64,000 nucleotides of DNA, from NCBI GenBank assembly GCA_011605725.1, contig JAAOZP010000017.1, positions 64,001 to 128,000 of the forward strand, read 5' to 3'. This document shows positions 58,577-64,000 of the stretch, one piece after another (position 1 is the stretch's first letter; every line of letters starts with the position of its first letter). Both the position numbers and the translations under genes were made by a program. Source of the DNA: Nitrososphaerota archaeon. Its GTDB lineage: Archaea; Thermoproteota; EX4484-205; JAAOZP01. The notes beneath the pieces are model-generated. The model had not been told where the DNA came from, searched no databases, and saw only the letters and a program-made list of their open reading frames with translations.

Positions 58577-58691
58577 TTCAACCAACCATTTAAGTATTGA
58601 ACCTGAAGATAAAAACTTTGCAGCGAACAACCCTACCTGTAACAGGTTAAGCTGGACGGGTGTCAGGATTAAACACTAGGGTTAAAACTGT

Positions 58692-60692
58692 TTATGTTTT
58701 AACTTGTGCTCTAGAGGAACCGTCTTCCTGAACACTCACCTCTATAATGTTTGAAGCCTCCTCCTCACAAATATCGTAGTGTGTTACGAGTATCATTTGA
58801 GAGAGCTGTTTGGAGGCTTCCCCTATGTAGCTTGCAACCTGGGGCAGGTTTTCCGAATCAATGCCGTAAGTAGGCTCATCAAGTATAAGAAGCGAATTCA
58901 AGCCTAGAGCATCAAGGAGCGCTAGGCGTATGGCTAGAGCAAGAATAGTTTGATGCCCTCCCCCAACTCTAGTTGCCGGAATAGGGTCGGTTAATCCTTT
59001 CGGATGCACTAAAACAGAATAATCCTCCGGGTTTATGATTATGGCGTCGTAAACATGCTGATCCGTCATAGCCCTATAGTATTCTAATGCTCGGAACTCT
59101 ATACGTTTTATCAGTTCCCTCCTCCTGGTTTCAACAGCCTGGTCGAAGAGTTGGGAAAGCCTGTGTGCGAGACCAGCCTTCTCAACCCTTCTTTTAAGCT
59201 CGTTCAGCAGCCTCCTATAGTCCTCTAATTTCTTACTGGTATCTGCTCTAATACTCTTCTTCTTCTCTAAAATCTTCTTCTTCTCAGCAAGCTCACTCCT
59301 CCTCCTGGCTAACTCCTCTGGCTGGAGGGGGAGCTGTTGGGCTAGCTTCAGCTTCAGTTCAGGATCCTCGTGGGTGAAAGGCAGTTCAAGGACTGTCAGT
59401 TTCTCCTTTATCATAGTCAAGGTTTCACTCCTTATTTTAACGAGGCTTTCAGCAGAATCCAAATATTCTTTTAGACGGTTTTTCAGGGCCCTCATCCTTG
59501 AGGACTCTACTTCAGCAGTGTTTATTTTTTCAACGAGTTTTTGAAGCTCAACGTTTTTCATCTCATAAGCCTTCCTCGCGTCAGCCTCTTCGAGACTGGC
59601 CTTGGCTAAAGAGTTGCGATCCTCTTCTAGAATCCTCTGGATTACTGCGGGTTGCAAGTCTTGTCCGCAAGTTGGGCATTTAGAAGCCCCGCTTCCAGCG
59701 AGAGACTCTCGCTCCCTTACTTGCTTCGCAAGGCTTTCAACACGGCTTTTCACGCTTAACCATTTCTCCATGGAGGCTTCAAGCTCCTTCTTCAAACTGT
59801 TTCTCGCTGCTTTCAGCGTTTCCAACTCCTTGTCGCATAGACTTGTTTTCTCCTCCAACTCCTTAATCGAAGAGACGCCTGCATTCTCAAGAAGCTCCTG
59901 GCTCTTTGAATAAATCTTCTTCAGCTCTTCCTCAACCTCCTCCCTCTTCCTAATGCAGTCGAGAAGCTCGGTTAACTCTGTTGATTCAGCCTTTTTCAAA
60001 AGGTTTTCAAGATCCTGAACCTCCTTATTCAAACGACCAATGTCTTCATCCATCTGTCTTAGGCTGGAATCAAGCTCCAATACTCGCTCCTCAAGATTCT
60101 GAAGCTCGGTTGCAACATCCTTCCCGTTAAACCTCTCGAGCTCTCTCCATGCTCCATCCAACTGTTCACGCAGCTCTCTCAAAAGAGTTATCCCCAGTAC
60201 TGAATCCATTTGTTCTTTCTGCGGCTCCAGTACCTCTGTTAACCTACCCTGCCTAATATACACCAGGTTGATAAACCTCCTTAAACTCATCCCGAGAAGT
60301 TCAGTAATCCTGCTCCTCAAGTCTTCCTCGCCCTCTAGAGACACGTTTCTACCGTTAACCCGGAGTAATCGTTCCCCTGTCCTGTAATCCCCGTTCCTGT
60401 CTAAACTGCCTCTCCTCTCAACCTCAACGATCTGGCCGTTAACCGGGCTTCTGAACCTTACGTAGACACTCATCTCGCCTGAACCCGGCAGCTTTGAAAC
60501 CAGTAGCTTCGGCCTAGCCTCCGGCACCTCGCCGAAAAGCGCGAACGTCAACGCGTTGAGCAAAGTAGTTTTACCCGTTGAATTCCTACCTTTTATGAGG
60601 TTAAGCCCGGCTGAGAAATCCAGTTGAACATTCCTGTAACGCTCCAGGTTTCGGAGTCTAAGCGTTTCGATTAAACCACTCATTTCAACCAC
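58692..60692 (-). CDS. rad50: Rad50/SbcC-family SMC-like ATPase (short, atypical signature)
   Basis: Walker A GRNSTGKT, Q-loop YIRQG, Zn hook CPTC, VGGGH signature, LILDEPT, VTH. Confidence 0.85.
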   Translation of the reverse strand: MVEMSGLIETLRLRNLERYRNVQLDFSAGLNLIKGRNSTGKTTLLNALTFALFGEVPEARPKLLVSKLPGSGEMSVYVRFRSPVNGQIVEVERRGSLDRNGDYRTGERLLRVNGRNVSLEGEEDLRSRITELLGMSLRRFINLVYIRQGRLTEVLEPQKEQMDSVLGITLLRELREQLDGAWRELERFNGKDVATELQNLEERVLELDSSLRQMDEDIGRLNKEVQDLENLLKKAESTELTELLDCIRKREEVEEELKKIYSKSQELLENAGVSSIKELEEKTSLCDKELETLKAARNSLKKELEASMEKWLSVKSRVESLAKQVRERESLAGSGASKCPTCGQDLQPAVIQRILEEDRNSLAKASLEEADARKAYEMKNVELQKLVEKINTAEVESSRMRALKNRLKEYLDSAESLVKIRSETLTMIKEKLTVLELPFTHEDPELKLKLAQQLPLQPEELARRRSELAEKKKILEKKKSIRADTSKKLEDYRRLLNELKRRVEKAGLAHRLSQLFDQAVETRRRELIKRIEFRALEYYRAMTDQHVYDAIIINPEDYSVLVHPKGLTDPIPATRVGGGHQTILALAIRLALLDALGLNSLLILDEPTYGIDSENLPQVASYIGEASKQLSQMILVTHYDICEEEASNIIEVSVQEDGSSRAQVKT

Positions 60693-61944
60693 CTGCTTTC
60701 TCTAAAATCTGAATCCAGCGTTTTACGAATCTGCTCCTATCGGAATCCGTGAGAAGCCCTGTTCTCTGGCTTGCCTTTTCATCGAGAGTTATACTTAGCT
60801 CCTCCACGATCTTCATCGCTTCATCCGACGCTTCCCCGAGCGATTTCAAAATCTCCATCGCATAGTCGATACCACTGCCAAGTCTAGTGAAGACGGCTTT
60901 CTGCCTAACATCTTCAACACGATTAACCAAGTCGACATGCAGCAACCTGGTTGAAACGGTTTTCTTCACAATCTCCCTACGGAGACACATATCTATGTTA
61001 TGCGGATCATTCTCAGCGTATCCGCTTAAAACTATACGAAGCACCCCATCAATACCCCTTGTCTGAAGATCTGACGAGTAGGCTTCCATCTCGCGAACAG
61101 ACTGCTCGATGAACCATTCGCAAGGTTTCACCGCGCCTTTTGAATCCACTTTGACGTTGCGTATTTCATGCAGAGGCTTTATCGGTATGAACCTTACTCG
61201 TTCCCCTTCTAACACATAGACGCCGAAGGGACCTTCGTCAGACAGGTCAACCGCCTCAGTTGCACCAGGCGTTAGAAAAAGCGTCCCGTTATTTTCCATC
61301 GGGTTAGCCCTCTCATGATAGTGCCCGGCTAAAACAATATCGACCCCAAGCTCGTCGAAATCCCTTACAGTAAGACAGTTATGCGGCGGGACTCCCGGAG
61401 GAATCTCGTGATACCCCTGAATAAAATTGTGGATTACGAGAATCTTAATCCCTCCCCCTTTCTCAAACCCTCTCTGGATCATGTTCCTGATATTCTTAAA
61501 AACACGCGATATATACGGATGGTAAGGTAACCCTATCAACCGGATGCCGTTGAAAAAATAGGATTCCTCCTCCCCTCTTATCGCAGCCTCACCAACTACC
61601 TTAAGATATTTTGCTAGAGGATGCTTAACGAAATCTAGAGCATTATTGTCTATAGTACCATCATGGTTCCCCCTAACTAGGAAAATGGAAACTTCTCCAC
61701 CGTGTTCTCCGTGAAGGGAGTTAACTAGGCGCTGCAACTCTTCCTTAACGAAAACACTGTCCTCAGACACCATGCTCCGCTTCTCAAAAAGGTCTCCTGC
61801 ATGAACCACGCATTCTACCTCCTCCTCTATGAAAATATTAATGGCCTGAGTAAAGGCGTGGCGATAAGCGTTCCTCCTGAGATCACCGACCTCCCTAGGT
61901 ATGTTCCTACCTATATGGGTGTCAGAGAAAACCCCTATCTTCAT
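60685..61944 (-). CDS. mre11: Mre11/SbcD-family nuclease
   Basis: DTHIG, GDLFE, GNHD, H, GHYH phosphoesterase motifs. Confidence 0.88.
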   Translation of the reverse strand: MKIGVFSDTHIGRNIPREVGDLRRNAYRHAFTQAINIFIEEEVECVVHAGDLFEKRSMVSEDSVFVKEELQRLVNSLHGEHGGEVSIFLVRGNHDGTIDNNALDFVKHPLAKYLKVVGEAAIRGEEESYFFNGIRLIGLPYHPYISRVFKNIRNMIQRGFEKGGGIKILVIHNFIQGYHEIPPGVPPHNCLTVRDFDELGVDIVLAGHYHERANPMENNGTLFLTPGATEAVDLSDEGPFGVYVLEGERVRFIPIKPLHEIRNVKVDSKGAVKPCEWFIEQSVREMEAYSSDLQTRGIDGVLRIVLSGYAENDPHNIDMCLRREIVKKTVSTRLLHVDLVNRVEDVRQKAVFTRLGSGIDYAMEILKSLGEASDEAMKIVEELSITLDEKASQRTGLLTDSDRSRFVKRWIQILEKAGG

Positions 61945-61950
61945 CTTATC

Positions 61951-63513
61951 TCACCACTTGCCTTTTTCCCTCTGCTTAAGCTGCTCGTTAATCCTCTCCA
62001 TGATACTGCTCAGCTCAGGCGTTACGCCATGGTGAACCGTTCTCCTGTCCAAGGTTTTCACGTGTGCTGGAAGAGGTACGAAAGGCCCGACAAGCAAAGC
62101 CTCCCCCTGGTTTAGACCAGGAAGGTCTTCCACAAGCCTATGGTGAAAGCTTTCACTGGCATTCTCTATGACGTTCTGATCCTGCTGGTTAGTTATTCTC
62201 ATCACCGCGTAATTCCCTATGTTGCTCAATATGTCCGGCTCTATGTTTCTTGGGCGCTGGCTTATCAGAATTATGAAGAGGCCGAACTTGGCGCCCTCCC
62301 TTACCGCTGTAGATATGGTCCTGACAGCATATCCTCCGCTCTTCTCAGAAGCTATGCGGTGGGCCTCCTCAATAAATAGGAAAACAGGGGTAAAACTCTT
62401 CTCTTCACTCTTGCTTGAAACCTGGTGTCTGAACAAGGTGTCTACGATTATACTGGCATACGCGTCTTGAACCCTTGAACGCAACCCGTTTAGACAGATG
62501 ATGCTCAGCGTCTTAGGGGCCAGCAGCTCTGAGACACTCATCCCGGTTGGCGGGAGCGAAACCTCCTCACCCAGGTCTTCAAGCCTAGCGAGAAGACTCT
62601 CATACCTAACTCTGTCCTCCCCCTTAAGCACCGGCTTACCATTACCATCGGTTTCTTCCAGCTTGCTCCTGATTAAGCCAGTTATATCCCCCAGTCCGAA
62701 GGGACGTCTCTCCGATTTCAGCCTTCTCAAAATGTTTCTCAAAACAATTTTCTGCCTCTCCCCCAGAGTGGTTCCGAGAAGCGCGATTATAGCCTCATAC
62801 GTCAGCTGCTCAGGACTCAGCTGGAGCTCCCTCTGCTCAGCGGTCACGCCACGTACTTTCGGAGCTCCTGGTGGGTAGTAGACAACAATGTTGAAGTCCC
62901 CATGCCTACCGCCGTTAACAAGCCTATCCATCATAACGTAGTCAGCATGAATATCTATGACGACCACTGGGAAAGGCGTGTTCAAAAGAATCTCCTCGAT
63001 CAGCCTGCCGGCAAAATAGGATTTCCCAGCTCTAGTGGCTGCGAAAACTCCTAAATGAAACTGAAGATCCTGAAGATGTATAGGAACCTTAACCATGGGC
63101 CTGTTGAGAAGCATCGCCACGTACAACGGTATCCTCTTCTCTACTCCTGAAAAGAATGCTTGAAGAAGCTCGTCGTCAGCCCTATAGACGGGCGCGTTAG
63201 GGTCTGGAGCAACCTTCGGCCTCATGATCCGCCCATCCTTAAGATACCCCACCACCTCTGTTGAAACCAGCCTGTAGGAATAGGGTGACACCTGCTGCTC
63301 AGCAGCCAGCCTCTCCGTCGCAAGAGGGTTTTTAGAAGCCAAGCCAACGATCTCTGCTAAAACCCTAACCTTCTCAAGCCTTCCGTCATCAAAATTATTC
63401 ACCTCTACATAGACATAGTCGTGGAGAGCAACCGGATTATCTATACCTGTTTTAAAAACGAACCGGTATGGTGTGGACTCCTCTACTACTCTTCCCAGCG
63501 GCTCCATCAGCAT
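61951..63513 (-). CDS. herA: HerA DNA translocase
   Basis: N-terminal HAS barrel, Walker A AATRAGKS, DIH.DY, IEEAH, REGAKFG, ISQRP, L..GEA. Confidence 0.9.
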   Translation of the reverse strand: MLMEPLGRVVEESTPYRFVFKTGIDNPVALHDYVYVEVNNFDDGRLEKVRVLAEIVGLASKNPLATERLAAEQQVSPYSYRLVSTEVVGYLKDGRIMRPKVAPDPNAPVYRADDELLQAFFSGVEKRIPLYVAMLLNRPMVKVPIHLQDLQFHLGVFAATRAGKSYFAGRLIEEILLNTPFPVVVIDIHADYVMMDRLVNGGRHGDFNIVVYYPPGAPKVRGVTAEQRELQLSPEQLTYEAIIALLGTTLGERQKIVLRNILRRLKSERRPFGLGDITGLIRSKLEETDGNGKPVLKGEDRVRYESLLARLEDLGEEVSLPPTGMSVSELLAPKTLSIICLNGLRSRVQDAYASIIVDTLFRHQVSSKSEEKSFTPVFLFIEEAHRIASEKSGGYAVRTISTAVREGAKFGLFIILISQRPRNIEPDILSNIGNYAVMRITNQQDQNVIENASESFHHRLVEDLPGLNQGEALLVGPFVPLPAHVKTLDRRTVHHGVTPELSSIMERINEQLKQREKGKW

Positions 63514-64000
63514 CCCCTCAATACAGCATCCCTAATGCTTCTCCTTCTAGGGCTTGCTTTAAAACCTCTTCTCCTCAGCTCTTCGACTACAACAGGCTCG
63601 TAAGCATACCTGTAGATGCTTCTACTAAGCCTAGCAATGGAGTCTACCTCAGCAAGCGGGTGTACAATATGAGGCTCATGCTGCAGCCTGTTTAACACGC
63701 CGAATATTTTTTTCGCTTTTTCAACACCTGAATCATCTATGAAAAAGTCTGCGGAAAGGCTTCCACCCGCGTCACTGTACCCGAGAATGTTTGAAGGGAT
63801 ATCTACCCTGTAAACTCTAGAGCTTAGACTAGGCCTCCAGAATGTTAACGCTACCGGAGGATTTGAGAAGTAGCTGTCAAGCGCTTCGAGAACCCCTTTC
63901 AACGCTTCATCACGTTTTAGACGCGACCTGAACCCTGAGTCCCACCAGCTTGTTGACCTAGTCTCCCCCGTTAGGAAAATAGTCTGCGGCGCAAGGAGAA
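63507..64000 (-). CDS. nurA: NurA-like nuclease, C-terminal part (runs off the window)
   Basis: Frame open to the window end; RVDIP and P..V.PL.E.D..A.L motifs; directly upstream of herA. Confidence 0.65.
   Translation of the reverse strand, partial: LLAPQTIFLTGETRSTSWWDSGFRSRLKRDEALKGVLEALDSYFSNPPVALTFWRPSLSSRVYRVDIPSNILGYSDAGGSLSADFFIDDSGVEKAKKIFGVLNRLQHEPHIVHPLAEVDSIARLSRSIYRYAYEPVVVEELRRRGFKASPRRRSIRDAVLRGC

Noticed and set aside
328-63695. The many 60-200 aa antisense or alternate-frame ORFs in the track (e.g. 13601-14197, 39230-39736, 10779-11225)
   Set aside because: They overlap well-supported genes and have no recognisable motifs; shadow ORFs
1-64000. CRISPR arrays, tRNA/rRNA genes, IS elements, integrases
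   Set aside because: No regularly spaced repeats, no cloverleaf or T-loop motifs in intergenic DNA, and no transposase or integrase ORFs seen by eye; highly split tRNAs could be missed

Overview
This is a gene-dense archaeal chromosome segment from a probable (hyper)thermophile. The evidence is reverse gyrase, an A/V-type ATPase, TIP49, aGTPBP1, a NurA-HerA-Mre11-Rad50 cluster and BRE/TATA promoters; a TACK/Thermoproteota-type lineage is my inference. I found no rRNA, tRNA, CRISPR array or transposase. Most genes are housekeeping, transport (four ABC modules, one MFS) or sugar catabolism (GH1, GH130, Gfo/Idh/MocA, aldo-keto reductase). The most unusual items are: (1) a divergent nine-gene A/V-ATPase operon in the order I-K-H-E-C-F-A-B-D, with a triplicated proteolipid that keeps all three carboxylates, shortened C and F subunits, and a subunit A that appears to start at ACG; (2) an unannotated box C/D-like small RNA with its own promoter, one guide complementary to the 16S rRNA 3' anti-SD end, and two guides that pair with each other; (3) a translationally coupled operon of membrane anchor, Cys-cluster MoxR and HEXXH-peptidase-vWA, followed by SIMPL and a membrane-bound HTH regulator; (4) a short Rad50 with a non-canonical ABC signature; (5) a sulfatase-like enzyme with Thr at the nucleophile position, a split ABC exporter and a possible double protease-inhibitor surface protein. 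All calls come from reading motifs by eye; no database searches were run.
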